A stretch of 63,313 bases of DNA, the filler included, from Octopus bimaculoides (Eukaryota): the NCBI RefSeq assembly GCF_001194135.2. It is 4 parts of 4 records of this genome, joined end to end, with 100 filler letters (N's around TTAATTAATTAA, not from the genome) between each part and the next. Parts side by side here need not be neighbours in the genome. Positions count along the whole stretch, not along the records: positions 1 to 25,121 come from NC_068984.1; positions 25,222 to 49,967 come from NC_068981.1; 2 more parts are not named here. The stretch is one strand, 5' to 3'. Position numbers and translations under genes: made by a program. Within the stretch, counting starts at the first letter, position 1. Each line of letters starts with the position of its first letter. Below are positions 13,044-26,039 of the stretch, one piece after another. Below the pieces are notes generated by a model that ran no database searches, was not told the origin of the DNA, and was given only the letters and a program-made list of their open reading frames with translations.

Positions 13044-14590
13044 CAACAGTGGCACTGTAACAGTCAGCAGTATTCTGTTCGGCACAAGCTGATGTGGCAG
13101 TTTGAAACTTCAGCTGCAGGCTAGACAAGTTTGTGAACCTGGTAGAGGTGTCCTCAATGCTTGGTAGCGTGCCCTGTATCCTGTGCTGTTAGATGGTTGG
13201 TTAACCAACAAGCTTCCTGAGCCCTGCTCCTCCATGCTAGTGCAAGCTACAGTGATGTCTACAAGTTGACTAGCATCAATCACTACTCTTGTCACATGCT
13301 GCTTCTTTTATATTATTTATTTGTTTTATTTATTGTATTGTATTTTTAATAATTTTTTAAAGCTTTATTTATTTATTTGTTTTTTTTTGGGGTTTTTTTT
13401 TTTTTGCTTCTTGCGAAATTGTGAGAGATTTTTAAAGTTTTAAAGAAATCTTTTATGAGATTTGAAAAGATTTATTAAAAACCAGAAGGGTCGGTTGAGA
13501 AAACATTAAACCACTTTAAAAACTTCCTTTTTAATAGGGAACATTACTAGTCCTTCCTTAATTAAGAAACAGACTTAATGAGGGACCTTTTCAGTACTTT
13601 TTGCTTTGTTCTTTTCATGTAGGTTGGGTGGGAATCTATTTTAGAGGAATATAGGGCCCCAAATGATGAGGGATCTACAATTAGCAGAGAATCACTCTTT
13701 TATTTCAGAATGGTAAATGCAAATCAAAAATAGTTTTTTTTCTTNNNNNNNNNNNNNNNNNNNNNNNNNNNNNNNNNNNNNNNNNNNNNNNNNNNNNNNN
13801 NNNNNNNNNNNNNNNNNNNNNNNNNNNNNNNNNNNNNNNNNNNNNNNNNNNNNNNNNNNNNNNNNNNNNNNNNNNNNNNNNNNNNNNNNNNNNNNNNNNN
13901 NNNNNNNNNNNNNNNNNNNNNNNNNNNNNNNNNNNNNNNNNNNNNNNNNNNNNNNNNNNNNNNNNNNNNNNNNNNNNNNNNNNNNNNNNNNNNNNNNNNN
14001 NNNNNNNNNNNNNNNNNNNNNNNNNNNNNNNNNNNNNNNNNNNNNNNNNNNNNNNNNNNNNNNNNNNNNNNNNNNNNNNNNNNNNNNNNNNNNNNNNNNN
14101 NNNNNNNNNNNNNNNNNNNNNNNNNNNNNNNNNNNNNNNNNNNNNNNNNNNNNNNNNNNNNNNNNNNNNNNNNNNNNNNNNNNNNNNNNNNNNNNNNNNN
14201 NNNNNNNNNNNNNNNNNNNNNNNNNNNNNNNNNNNNNNNNNNNNNNNNNNNNNNNNNNNNNNNNNNNNNNNNNNNNNNNNNNNNNNNNNNNNNNNNNNNN
14301 NNNNNNNNNNNNNNNNNNNNNNNNNNNNNNNNNNNNNNNNNNNNNNNNNNNNNNNNNNNNNNNNNNNNNNNNNNNNNNNNNNNNNNNNNNNNNNNNNNNN
14401 NNNNNNNNNNNNNNNNNNNNNNNNNNNNNNNNNNNNNNNNNNNNNNNNNNNNNNNNNNNNNNNNNNNNNNNNNNNNNNNNNNNNNNNNNNNNNNNNNNNN
14501 NNNNNNNNNNNNNNNNNNNNNNNNNNNNNNNNNNNNNNNNNNNNNNNNNNNNNNNNNNNNNNNNNNNNNNNNNNNNNNNNNNNNNNNNNN

Positions 14591-14633
<43 letters not shown>

Positions 14634-14776
14634 ATGAATTCATATTTATATACATACATGCATGCATGTGTGTGTATGTATGTGTAGATATATACATACA
14701 CACGTGGACATATATACGCACATTTGCATACATGCAAATAGTATACACATGCATACATACATATGCATTTACATAC

Positions 14777-14807
<31 letters not shown>

Positions 14808-15980
14808 ATACATACAGTTACATACATGCATATATCATCATTTAATGTCCGTTGTCCATGCTGGCATGGGTTGGACAGTTTGACCAGACCTGGTCAAAAT
14901 GTTCAACCCAAGCCAGCATGGGTTAAATGATGATATATAAATAATATAAAATCTCACAATTTCTTCAAGTTTGAATCAGTTGCCATTGGTTTAGTGTTAA
15001 CTCTAATACCAGTTGTTTCTTCATCAATTTTATATGAATGATCTGTTTATCCTGATTATCCAAGCAAGGTGAATGCCTATCTGAAGTTACAAACCAATTA
15101 AGTCTATTGCTGTTTTTAATGTGTTAATATTTCCACCCAGTTGCCTACTACTTGCCGTGGAGTGAATGTTTATCAAAACATTGAAATGCAGCAGGAAGCA
15201 TTCTTGCAGATATACCAATAAATGTCAAAATGGAACTAAAACATTCTTGCATCTGTTGGTTAAGCCTTCCCACCAACATCATCAGCTCTGGCGGATTCTT
15301 TTTTGTCATTGAGACAATTCTTCTCACCTTCATTCTAGAAGGATGTTTATTAATTAATGTTCATTAATTAATGTTTTAGTTAATTTTACTGACCTCTATA
15401 TTAGGGCTTGGACCGAATGAGAGCTTGCTGTTAAAGCAGTGCTGAGATTTCTGGACATTGTCCAGTTGTTGCACATTTTTGAGACTTTGTGATTCTTTAC
15501 AATTTTTTTTTTGTTTACAGAGAGTTTTGAGTAATTAATTCTATTTTAAGGTTTGGTCTTTGGCTGTTAAAGATATTCAACAGTTTTAAATGTTGTACAT
15601 CAAATTGTTTTTGGACCAATGATTGAATGGTCTGTCAACAGCTACAAACGAAAATGGAATTTACCAAGTCTTGCAATTTTCTGAGCAAAAATAAAAAGTT
15701 AAAATTCAAACATTCATATTCTTTTTGTGTGTTTATTGTTTTAACACCAGGGAGTTACTCTCTGAGTGGTTAGGATTTGTGATCTTTGAGTAGCTTTCAT
15801 CTTCACTCATTTGACTGTGGCCATGCTGGGGCATCACCTTGAAGAACATTTTAGTTGAATGAATTGACCTCAGGACTTATTTTTTAAAGCCTTGTACTTA
15901 TTCTGTTGGTCTTTTTGCCAAACCACTAAGTTATAGAGACATAAACATACCAACACAGGTTGTCAAATGGTGGTGGGGGA

Positions 15981-16064
<84 letters not shown>

Positions 16065-16587
16065 CGACAGGCATATTTCAGTTTCTGCCTATCATTTCCA
16101 CTCAAAAGGCTTTGGTCAGCCTGAGGCCTTAGTAGAAGATGCATGTCTAAGGTCCCGACTGGGACTGAACCTGGAACACCTGTGCCCACAGTAAATAGTT
16201 TAACTTTATACATATTATCTTCTGTCTCTGTGTGATGCTACTGTGGCCCTTACTACTTGACTAATTTTGGCCCACCTCCATTAGGGAACATCTCGTGCTT
16301 CTCTCTTCTCTTCATTCATATTTGGGCCCCTCCCACCATTAATACACAGGCCTCATTCCCCAGTAATTCCCTCTGCTTGTGACCTTTTTTTTCCTGCTGT
16401 CATCAACCTGTAACTTTTCAATAACAATTTCCATATTGACCTCACTTGTATTGGAGGGTCTGTAAATGCTGTGGTGACAGCCACTTCCCCTTCAAGTCAA
16501 TAATAGAAGAAAATAGGAGGGTAACAGGCATGTGAGCCGACTAAACTTGCTAGAAATAGCAGCAAAACACTATTGACATCATCTTAA

Positions 16588-16801
16588 CCCTTTAGTGTTT
16601 AAACAGGTTATAGGCGGCCCAAATATTCCATCTGTATTCTGTTCTAATCAGCCAGGTCTGGCCTCTCACCCCTATCCTACAATGTCATTCTAAAAATAAA
16701 TGTATTATTGAGATATTAAAGCTACAATACAATATATGATTGATTGAAAATAATATTGATAAAAATGTTGTTTTTGACAGACCAATTTGAATGCTAAAGG
16801 G
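16588..16801. mobile_element. piggyBac-type MITE
   Basis: TIRs CCCTTTAG / CTAAAGGG with TTAA on both sides. A related copy lies at 54313-54508. Confidence 0.75.
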
Positions 16802-17829
16802 TTAAAAATGGACATTAGATTATGTAGTCTTTGGTATGATACCTGTACTGGCAGTTTGCTTGTCTCTGAAATACTGTGACTAGATCTGTCTGATCAAAGT
16901 AGACAAGGCAAAACCCCTCCTTCTAGAAAAACAAATAGGTTGCTTTGGTTATTTCATGTCTGTCTGATTGAAAAACAAGTTTACCATGCTGGAGCACCAC
17001 CTTTAATCGAAGAAATCCACCCGGGTCTTATTCTTTGTAAGCATAGTACCTATTTTATCTTCTTTTTGTTTTGCTGAACCATTAAGTTTTGAGAATATAA
17101 ACACACCAACATCAGTTGTCAGGCGATGATGGGGACACACACACACAGAACAGGCTTCTTTCAGTTTCTGTCTACCAAATCCACTCACAAGGCCTTGTTC
17201 ATCCTGATGCTATGGAAGACACTTGCCCAAGGTGCCACGCAATGAGACTGAATCCAGAACCATGTGATTGAGAAGCAAGCTTTTTTGCCACACAGCCACA
17301 CCTGCGCCTATGCTGTTTATTATTTGACAGACATGTTGTTTCTTCCCCTGCCCTTTCAAAGATCTTTCTTCTTTGGGGCTGGCTGGTGTCCTATTACTTC
17401 CACCAAGGTGTTTTCTTTTTCCTCATCTTTCCTCCTCCCCGGATCAACTTCTGTTGGTCTTAGCATTCTTTTTGAATTGTCTCATTACTTTTTCATTCCA
17501 TCATTAACTTGTAAACTTGTAGCAATTTATGACAGTGTTTTTCAAACATTTTTTTAATGTAAAGACCCCTTTAATTCCTATCTTACTCGAGTGGACCTTC
17601 ATAGCTATTCGATGCTTATAAAAGAAATTTCATTTTTTAAAGAATCGAATGCTAGCAATTGCAGAAAAAGATTGCTGTATAAGCAAAAAAAAAATAAAAA
17701 AAATATGGGCACCGTTTGAAACCGACTGGTTTAAGGGGAGAAATTAACGACGTTCATCCCTGATCTCGAAGGACCTTCAAAGGCTATGGGTTATGCCCCA
17801 TCCTCTAGATCTAAATATAAATTATAATA

Positions 17830-18218
17830 GGTGCAGGAGTGGCTGTGTGGTAAGTAGCTTGCTTACCAACCACATGGTTCCGGGTTCATTCCCACTGCGT
17901 GGCACCTTGGGCAAGTGTCTTCTACTATAACCCTGGGCCGACCAAAGCCTTGTGAGTGGATTTGGTAGACGGACACTGAAAGAAACCCGTCGTGTATATG
18001 TATATATATATATGTTGTGTGTCTGTGTTTGTCTCCCCAACATCGCTTGACAACCGATGCTGGTGTATTTATGTCCCCGTCACATAGCGGTTCGGCAAAA
18101 GAGACCGATAGAATAATTACTAAGCTTACAAAGAATAAGTCCTGGGGTCGATTTGCTCGACTAAAGGCGGTGCTCCAGCATGGCCGCAGTCAAATGACTG
18201 AAACAAGTAAATGAGTAA
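17830..18218 (+). mobile_element. Full-length tRNA-derived SINE; other copies at about 18892-19320 (+), 24780-25121 (-) and 53090-53650 (composite)
   Basis: Box A-like TGGCTGTGTGG and box B-like GGTTCATTCC, an internal (TA)/(TG) tract, and a conserved 3' GGTGCTCCAGCATGGCCGCAGTC. Confidence 0.85.
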
Positions 18219-18552
18219 GATTTTGCTGCTTTTTGCTTCTATATCACGAAGTTCATAAAAAAATTTGTCTTCCTTCGACGGTTTATAGCCAATATGTAAG
18301 GGAAATAACTGAATAATAGTCTCCCCTGAATAGCTTAATTTTATTCTTTTTTTTACCATTTATATCCTTTTGACTGCGACCATGCTAGAACTCTATCCCA
18401 TCGTGTTGATCCAGTATTTCAGTCTGACATTTATTTTATCAATTAACCTTTGACATAAAGTCACATAACCAGGATTACTAGAACTGCGAGTAAGCTGTGA
18501 ACAGTTTTAAAGAAATTAAAGGTACCTATGTACGCATACATTCACTTTAGTG

Positions 18553-18823
18553 CAGGGGTTCTCAAACGTTTTGCCCCCCACCCCTCATGGCCACGTAATA
18601 CCCTCAGCGATCCCACCCCTATTTTTATGTATGAATATTTTACATTTTACTAATTTAGATATAATATTATATAATTTGTATACAATACTATAATCATATA
18701 ATAAATTCCTAGCGTCCCCCAATCCACTGCCTTTCCCCCAACGCCTCCTTTTTCTCTACCGCCCTCCTGGACCGTCTCATTGTCCATCGTGGCGGGAGGG
18801 AGCACCTATTTTGAGAACCTATG
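18553..18823. mobile_element. hAT (Charlie-like) MITE
   Basis: TIRs CAGGGGTTCTCAAA / TTTGAGAACCTATG with an 8-bp TSD CTTTAGTG (18545-18552 and 18824-18831). Confidence 0.85.
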
Positions 18824-19818
18824 CTTTAGTGTTATACGTGCAATATTTGCTTGAGAGGATCAGAAAAAAAGAAAAAAATGTACTCAATATAGACGCAGGC
18901 GTGGCTGTGTGGTAAGAAGCTTGTTTCGCAACCACATAGTCCCAGGTTCAGTCCCACTGCGTGGCACCTTGGGTAAGCGTCTTCTATTATAGCCTCGGGC
19001 CGACCAAAACCTTGTGAGTGGATTTGGTAGATGAAAACTGAAAAAAGCCTGTTGTCTCTCCCAACTTTGATAATGATACATATATATATATGTATGTATG
19101 TGTGTGTGTATATATATGTAATTTGTGTGTCTGTGTTTGTACCCACCATCACTTGACAACCGATGTTGGTATTTTTACATCCCCGTAACTTAGTGGTTCG
19201 GCAAAAGAGACCGATAGAATAAGTACTAGGCTTACAAAGAATAAGTCCTGTGGTCAATTTGTTCGACTAAAGGCGCTGCTCCAGCATGGCCGCAGTCAAA
19301 TGGCTGAAACAAGTAAAAGAATCCTGTGAAAAATATAATTTAATGAATATAGAAATTCAAGTTCTATACCCAGAAAGTGCAGTATTAGGACGGAATTGTA
19401 CAGCATGCCATACACGATCCGTAAGTTCTGTTGGATCTAGCTTGACCGATTATTTCGATCGTGCAAGGTGCCCTTTGCAAGTCCGTTCAATTGCTTCGCT
19501 ATCCGAACATGGTTCCATGAATCCTAGGACTTGAGACAGTATAATCCAGGCTTTACCTTTCACTACCAAAGCCAGTACTCTACAATACTTCGTGTCCTGA
19601 GTTCAAATATGACCTCCACAAATGAGTACCAGTCAAGTACTCCACCTGTTTCAGTAATACTCCAAATGCTTGTTACCTTGCAAATATGTGGTCACCGCTC
19701 TCTGTACGCAAGTGGTTAGGGTGTTGGATTCATAATTATGAAGTCTTGGGTTCGCCTCCTGGACTGGGTGGCATGTGATATTTTAGGCAGGGGGAATCGT
19801 TTCCCGTTGCTTCAGTCT

Positions 19819-20045
19819 TATTTCTTTATTACCCACAAGGGGATAAACATAGAGGGGACAAACAAGGACAAAGGGATTAAGTCGATTACATCTACCCAGT
19901 GCGTAACTGGTACTTAATTTATCGACCCCGAAAAGATGAATGGCAAAGTCGACTTCGGCGGAATTTGAACTCAGAACGTAACGGCAGACGAAATACCGCT
20001 AAACATTTCGCCCGACGTGCTAACGTTTCTGCCAGCTCGCCGCCT
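19819..20045 (-). mobile_element. Full-length SINE (second tRNA-derived family) with TSD
   Basis: 12-bp TSD TTGCTTCAGTCT at 19807-19818 and 20046-20057. The same family occurs at 55507-55739. Confidence 0.85.
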
Positions 20046-20659
20046 TTGCTTCAGTCTACCGAATTGACAATGTTCCATTGGATCATGACTGGAATGGCCA
20101 AGGGTTTGGGTATGCTCATGGCTACGTCCTCACCTAAAACAATTAGCGGAGGCATGCTACAAGCTACCAAGAAACGCTCGCTTTCGCGTTACGGTTATAC
20201 CTATTTTTAGGTGATTCGATTCCTTGCAGCTGAATATCAAGGGTTTCTAATGAGGTAATCTAAGTTCCATGGTTTACTACGGGTCAATTTAGGTACATTG
20301 TGGGGTCCCAGTCTCTTCCACAGAGGCTGGACACAAGTCTGTATTCCGTCAAGAAAGTGCCCTGGATGCGGCACACATCTTGCTGTCATGCCTTCTAAGT
20401 CATTGATCTTATTTAGGTTTTGCCGTTTCAGTCTTCGTACACTTAAGCGGTGACATCCTCTGTACGACAATCCTTCCGAGATTGTGGATATCTTCAACTT
20501 AGTTTTGTTCACCAGCCGAAGTGGGGTAGCGTGATGTGGGCATCAGTGTGTATCACCGACTTCTGGGAGCCATAAGTGAGGGTTGAGTAGTGGCCGGAGA
20601 CCAGTGCTCCTGTTCCCTTTCTGAATATGTGCGGCTGACAAGTTTATAAAGGTATTACT

Positions 20660-21650
20660 CCCCCAACACTACACTAGAAACCTAGCAAATACCTTGTGAG
20701 ATTTACGTCGAGAGTTCAAATTATATAAGTGCTGCGTAAGATCAGAGGATCATTTCAGTGATTGGATTTAGGCTACTACAAGAGTCCGCCAGGGTTGCGT
20801 ACTCTCTCCGATACCATTTTGCCTTGGTCAATGACTGGGTGCTCAAAAGTGCAACTCAAGACAAGAGAGTAAAAACTCTCAGACCTTGATTTTTGTCGAT
20901 GACATTGCTGAAAACACTCATAAACTGCAGTCCCGCGTAGATAAGATTAGCTCATCAGTAACCAGACCAGGGCTTCAAATCAACGCCAAGAAGGCTAAGA
21001 ACATGCTAGCTGGACTTTGTCCATCATCAACAAACGTCTGCATCAAGTAGAATGTGGTAGAAGTCGTTGATGATTTCACATACCTTGGAAGCCCCATCAA
21101 CAGGAATGGACTACAGAATAGGCAAAACATCAGCTACATTCAATCATCTTGGAAAGATCTGGAGGAGCAAAAATTATACCTTAAGACAAAGATGAGATTC
21201 TGCAACAGTAATGTACTGACAATTCTATTTTGTGGGTTCGAAATGTGGCAGATGGAAATCAATTAAGAAAAGAGATCGGATGCCTTTGACAACAGATGTA
21301 TATGTAAAATTCTTGGTATCAAATGGAGTGACTTTGTCACTAACCAAGAAGTGCAGCAAAGAGTCAACCAACAGCCTTTGTCTAACTTTCTGTGAAAATG
21401 CCGTCTGAGTTGGCCGGGTGACGTAATACGATTCCTACATGAAAAACTCGCCGAACAAGTCATTCAATGGAAAACCTTTGGAAAGAGACAGAGTTGACTT
21501 CCCACAGAAGAATTGGCACCAAACGATCAACAGGGACATGATACTGATTGACCAAACAGTGACTAATGCATTGCGAGGAACTGCAATGGTTCGTACACTT
21601 TGACTGAGTCATGCATCTCAAGACGCGGGAGCCGCTAAGTCTAAGTAAGT
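20660..21650 (+). mobile_element. Degenerate RTE-like LINE RT and 3' region
   Basis: Frameshifted motifs VRQGCVLSP, DDI, DDFTYLGS and KTKMRFCNSNVLTILFCGFEMW. Confidence 0.75.
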
Positions 21651-21729
21651 TCAAATTCTGTCAGAAAATTCATCTTTCAATGAATAGGGAGTAGGGGGTG
21701 TCAATAAAATATACACCAGTCATATACAG

Positions 21730-22000
21730 CAGGGGTTTTCAAACTTTTTGACTTGCGGACCCCTTTATATTTCAGGCTTTACCTTAGGGACCCCCTTATA
21801 AACGCTTATGAAATTTATACATAAATATTTGCTTAAAATAACAGATATTTTTACATCTATTTATTTAACAGTATTTAATAAATAGGTTTATTGTCAATTA
21901 AAAGATTTCGATTAAAAAACATAAAATCAAATTGTCCATAAAAAGTATTTGCTGTCCACGGACCCCCTGTGGTCCGCGGACCACAGTTTGAAAACCCCTG
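21730..22000. mobile_element. hAT MITE
   Basis: TIRs CAGGGGTTTTCAAAC / GTTTGAAAACCCCTG with an 8-bp TSD ATATACAG. Confidence 0.88.
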
Positions 22001-22005
22001 ATATA

Positions 22006-22373
22006 CAGTGATGTCTCGCAGTACGAGTTTAGTTCGTTCTATGACCAGTCTCGTTTTACGATTTACTCGTTTTACAAATCAATTTTCCTCATTTAAATTA
22101 ACTAAAATGTTACCAATCCGTTCCAACTCCACCCCCAAAACCACTCAAAAATAATTTTTTAGGGGTTTTAAAACAGAGAAGATGTAGTTACAAGTAAAAT
22201 GACAATTATAAAAAAAAGAATGCAAAAGAAATATGTGAACTGGTTTTATTAACTGAATTGTGTGCTTGTCCTGCGAATTTCCGCTCGTACTTCAAGACAA
22301 AAATTCGCACGAGTCTCGGTTCGTACAGCAAATTACTTGTACAATGGGGCACTCGTACTGCGAGGTTCTACTG
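22006..22373. mobile_element. Tigger/pogo-like MITE
   Basis: Imperfect TIRs CAGTGATGTCTCGCAGTACGAG / CTCGTACTGCGAGGTTCTACTG with TA flanks. Confidence 0.7.
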
Positions 22374-24189
22374 TACTTAATTTAATCGATTAACCCGTTT
22401 AGAGAAAGTTTTACCAATCATTTGGTGAGGAATGTCATGTTTGAAACTATTTTCTATTGAGATATTTCAACTTAATTGAGGCAACGTGACTTTCAGAAAA
22501 TACCAATTCTATTTACTTGGAAGATATCTAATATCATTTCTAGAGCAAATACGAAATTTCATTTAGTAATGAAAAGGATAAACCTTTTCTCATCCAATCG
22601 TGTGTTTTAGAAATAATTTTGCTGCTAAATGGTTAAAGGGAAGTAATTCAGAACAATTTAATAAGAGTACATTCCCTTGAATACGCTAGCGTGCAAATAG
22701 CATGGTTGAGTAGTTAAAAAGTCCACCATGCAGCAGAGAAGGTCCCGTGGTTCGATCTTCCTGCAAAATACCGTAGACAAGTTTGTTAAGTTTATTGTAA
22801 TAAGAGCCGTCCGAGTCACCCCAAGCAACCTTTTCCTCTGAAATGGAGAAGTGTTGAGTGAACGAACAGCAACCAAATGCAACATGAAATAATACACTGC
22901 AGGACGGAGAGATGTCAGACAGAGTAACGTTGAAGTACGACATGGAACGGAAATAAAGAAAGGACAGTTTAGATGTTTCGGAAATAAAAGTAGACATTCT
23001 TTCAGAATTTGATTCGTCGATCGTGCATATACGCCGCTTAAAATTGTGACCTGGATCAGTTTTGTGAAGCTATGGTTTTGGACTTATATATACACAAAGA
23101 CAGATACACGCAAGCGCGCGTACGCACGCACGCACACATACACACGTATACATACAGGCACATATAAATAGAAAACTGAATTTCATATCTTTGAAAACAG
23201 AACGTGTGTTTGTGTGTGTATATGTATATGTGTATGTGTATTTATGTATCAGTGTATGTATTTGTGTGAGTATGTGTGTGTCTCTCTCTATAAACATAAA
23301 TAACTGCGCGCACACACATATACGCACGTGTGGGTGTATATTTTCTATTTTTTCTATTTTCTCTCCCTGTTTATTTCTATGCTCCTTTCTGTTGAAGAGC
23401 GTAGGCTCAAAACGTTAAAGACTTTCTCACTTCCCGAGCGTTAAACTAATACATCTGTTTGTTGTTTACACACCTGTCTTCGTCTTTTTTTGTAAATTCT
23501 CACTATACGTATACTTATCACATGACCGACCAGGTTCTCAGAAGTTGTTACACATCGCTAGTCACAATGCGTTTTTGCATTGTTTTCGCCNNNNNNNNNN
23601 NNNNNNNNNNNNNNNNNNNNNNNNNNNNNNNNNNNNNNNNNNNNNNNNNNNNNNNNNNNNNNNNNNNNNNNNNNNNNNNNNNNNNNNNNNNNNNNNNNNN
23701 NNNNNNNNNNNNNNNNNNNNNNNNNNNNNNNNNNNNNNNNNNNNNNNNNNNNNNNNNNNNNNNNNNNNNNNNNNNNNNNNNNNNNNNNNNNNNNNNNNNN
23801 NNNNNNNNNNNNNNNNNNNNNNNNNNNNNNNNNNNNNNNNNNNNNNNNNNNNNNNNNNNNNNNNNNNNNNNNNNNNNNNNNNNNNNNNNNNNNNNNNNNN
23901 NNNNNNNNNNNNNNNNNNNNNNNNNNNNNNNNNNNNNNNNNNNNNNNNNNNNNNNNNNNNNNNNNNNNNNNNNNNNNNNNNNNNNNNNNNNNNNNNNNNN
24001 NNNNNNNNNNNNNNNNNNNNNNNNNNNNNNNNNNNNNNNNNNNNNNNNNNNNNNNNNNNNNNNNNNNNNNNNNNNNNNNNNNNNNNNNNNNNNNNNNNNN
24101 NNNNNNNNNNNNNNNNNNNNNNNNNNNNNNNNNNNNNNNNNNNNNNNNNNNNNNNNNNNNNNNNNNNNNNNNNNNNNNNNNNNNNNNNN

Positions 24190-24580
24190 AAAAAAAACCC
24201 CGTGTATCTCGGGAACCCGGGGTCCGATTCACGCAAAACTTGTTTTGTTCCGTTTGTATTCACATTTCAATGATACTTTACTTTCAAAGTATTTTCCCAT
24301 TATGCGCCGGTTTGGCTGGATTAAATTACAGACAAGTACGCATGCAAGCAAGCACGCAAACAAAACTATCCAGGTATTCACAGTACGGGGTAATAACTGT
24401 AGGTTTCACTGTTTAAATTTGTGGAAACAAACCCCCCAAAAACCGTGTATCTGGAGAATCCGTGGTCCGATTTCGGTGAAATTTATTTTATTCTGTTTGT
24501 ATTCATATTTCAGGGCTCTCTTACTTTCAGAGTATTTTCCCATTATGCGCCGGTTTGGCTGGATTAAATTACAGAGAAGC
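24190..24580. repeat. Two diverged tandem copies of a unit of about 240 bp
   Basis: CCGTGTATCT..GGTCCGATT and GTATTTTCCCATTATGCGCCGGTTTGGCTGGATTAAATTACAGA each occur twice. Confidence 0.8.
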
Positions 24581-25165
24581 ACGCAAGTAATCACAGGCTT
24601 TTAGTATTACATATAGATTTAGTATTATACAATGAAATGTAAATGTAAGATCCAAGGATCCAGGTGTAGGAATTTAGTAAGCTTCGAGCAGTCCGTAGAA
24701 TGTATAAAAGCAACGTTCGGGAACAATAATGGTTTATTGACAAAGAATATTCTTTATTCGTTTTTTTTCTTTTATTCTTTTACTTGTTTCAGTCATTTGA
24801 CTACGGCCACTCTGGAGCACTGCCTTTAGTCGAGCAAATCGACCCCGGGACTTATTCTTTGGAAGACTAATATTTATTCTATCGGTCTCTTTTGCCGAAC
24901 CGCTCAGTTAAGGGGACGTAAACACACCACCATCGGTTGTCAAGCGATGTTGGCGGGGGTGGGGCGACAAACACAGACACACAAACGTATACACACACAC
25001 ATATATATATATATATACACATATATACGACGGGCTTCTTTCAGTTTCCGTCTACCTAATCCACTCACAAGGCTTTGGTCGGCCTGAGGCTATAGTAGAA
25101 GACACTTGACCAAGGTGCCACNNNNNNNNNNNNNNNNNNNNNNNNNNNNNNNNNNNNNNNNNNNN

Positions 25166-25177
25166 TTAATTAATTAA
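25166..25177. other. Scaffold-gap linker N44-TTAATTAATTAA-N44 (also 50012-50023 and 60114-60125)
   Basis: An identical 12-mer with stops in all six frames, centred in 100-bp N blocks. This is an assembly artefact. Confidence 0.9.
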
Positions 25178-25221
25178 NNNNNNNNNNNNNNNNNNNNNNN
25201 NNNNNNNNNNNNNNNNNNNNN

Positions 25222-25480
25222 CGATGCGGAGGGTGGTGTTGGATAGATAAGGGCAAGTGCGGCAGCGTGGGCGGGAGCGGGGGAACGAGCCAGGTTGGGA
25301 GGTTGGGTTGGGGAAGAAGCTGTGCATCAAGAGGTCTCGTAGGTTGTGAGCTCGTTTGAAGGAGGGGAGGGGTCAGTTAGGGAAGATGTGTGAGGTGGAG
25401 GGGTCAGACTGGAGACGCCGGAAAGCTCAGAGAATGGTGCGTTAGAGAGGTAGGGTGGTGGTGTGGTAGGTGAGGGTAGG
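25222..25480 (-). mobile_element. Penelope-like element fragment (RT-to-GIY-YIG linker, Neptune/Poseidon type)
   Basis: The minus strand reads LPLTYH..LQSDPSTSHIFP..SFKRAHNLRDLLMHS..PGSFPCSRPRCRTCP. Confidence 0.75.
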
Positions 25481-26039
25481 TAGGTAAGTTAAAGACATTA
25501 ATATTATTATTAAAAGTTACGAACTAAAAATATTCAAAACGAGTATTATTGTGAACAAGATTAATTCATTATGGAAAAGGTAAATAAATGTAAATACGTG
25601 TTAGTGTATAAAGTTAATAAAGGATATTTAGAATAAATTTAAAAACATGACTTATCTGCCGGCGTATTACTGTAAATTAAACCAAAATAAGTGTACTTTA
25701 GCATTTATACTGAAAAGTCACGTGATAAATATGGCGTCCATTACTCAGAGATAAATACGTATTATATTTAGTATAATAATAATGAAATTATCGAAAAAGA
25801 AGGTCTACCTAAAGTATGTTGTTTATTGAAGATTTAAAATACTTAAAACCTTTAGATCTACAAAAAATAATAACTATAACACGTACGAAATTTATTCATT
25901 ACGTAAATAACGCTATAAAACATTGTAAAAGAATGCACATATTATCGTTGAATTTTTTATTAGCAAAAAGGTAGTTATTCATTCTAATTTTATATAATTA
26001 TATAATGTTTAAAGTGTATTCTAAAGCTAATTATATGTA

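Noticed and set aside
13705-14827. Long ORFs of 220-380 aa at 13.7-14.8, 23.5-24.6, 36.2-37.1 and 46.1-46.6 kb
   Set aside because: They are made of X residues from N gaps plus microsatellite translation.
17340-17520. Purine-rich minus-strand reading EVDPGRRKDEEKENTLVE as a bridging exon
   Set aside because: The acceptor has no pyrimidine tract and the flanking frame has stops, so it cannot be supported.
17789-17808. Possible phase-1 terminal exon (D)LEDGA* on the minus strand
   Set aside because: It is too short to distinguish from chance and lies beyond the scaffold join from the array.
19375-19421. Plus-strand AG...GT-bounded stretch encoding SAVLGRNCTACHTRS (CxxCH motif)
   Set aside because: It is isolated, lies downstream of the XPOT stop, and has no partner exons or recognisable family. 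A short motif like this is expected by chance.
25166-25177. TTAATTAATTAA islands inside N runs (also 50012 and 60114)
   Set aside because: An identical six-frame-stop 12-mer centred in N44+N44 blocks is an assembly linker, not biology.
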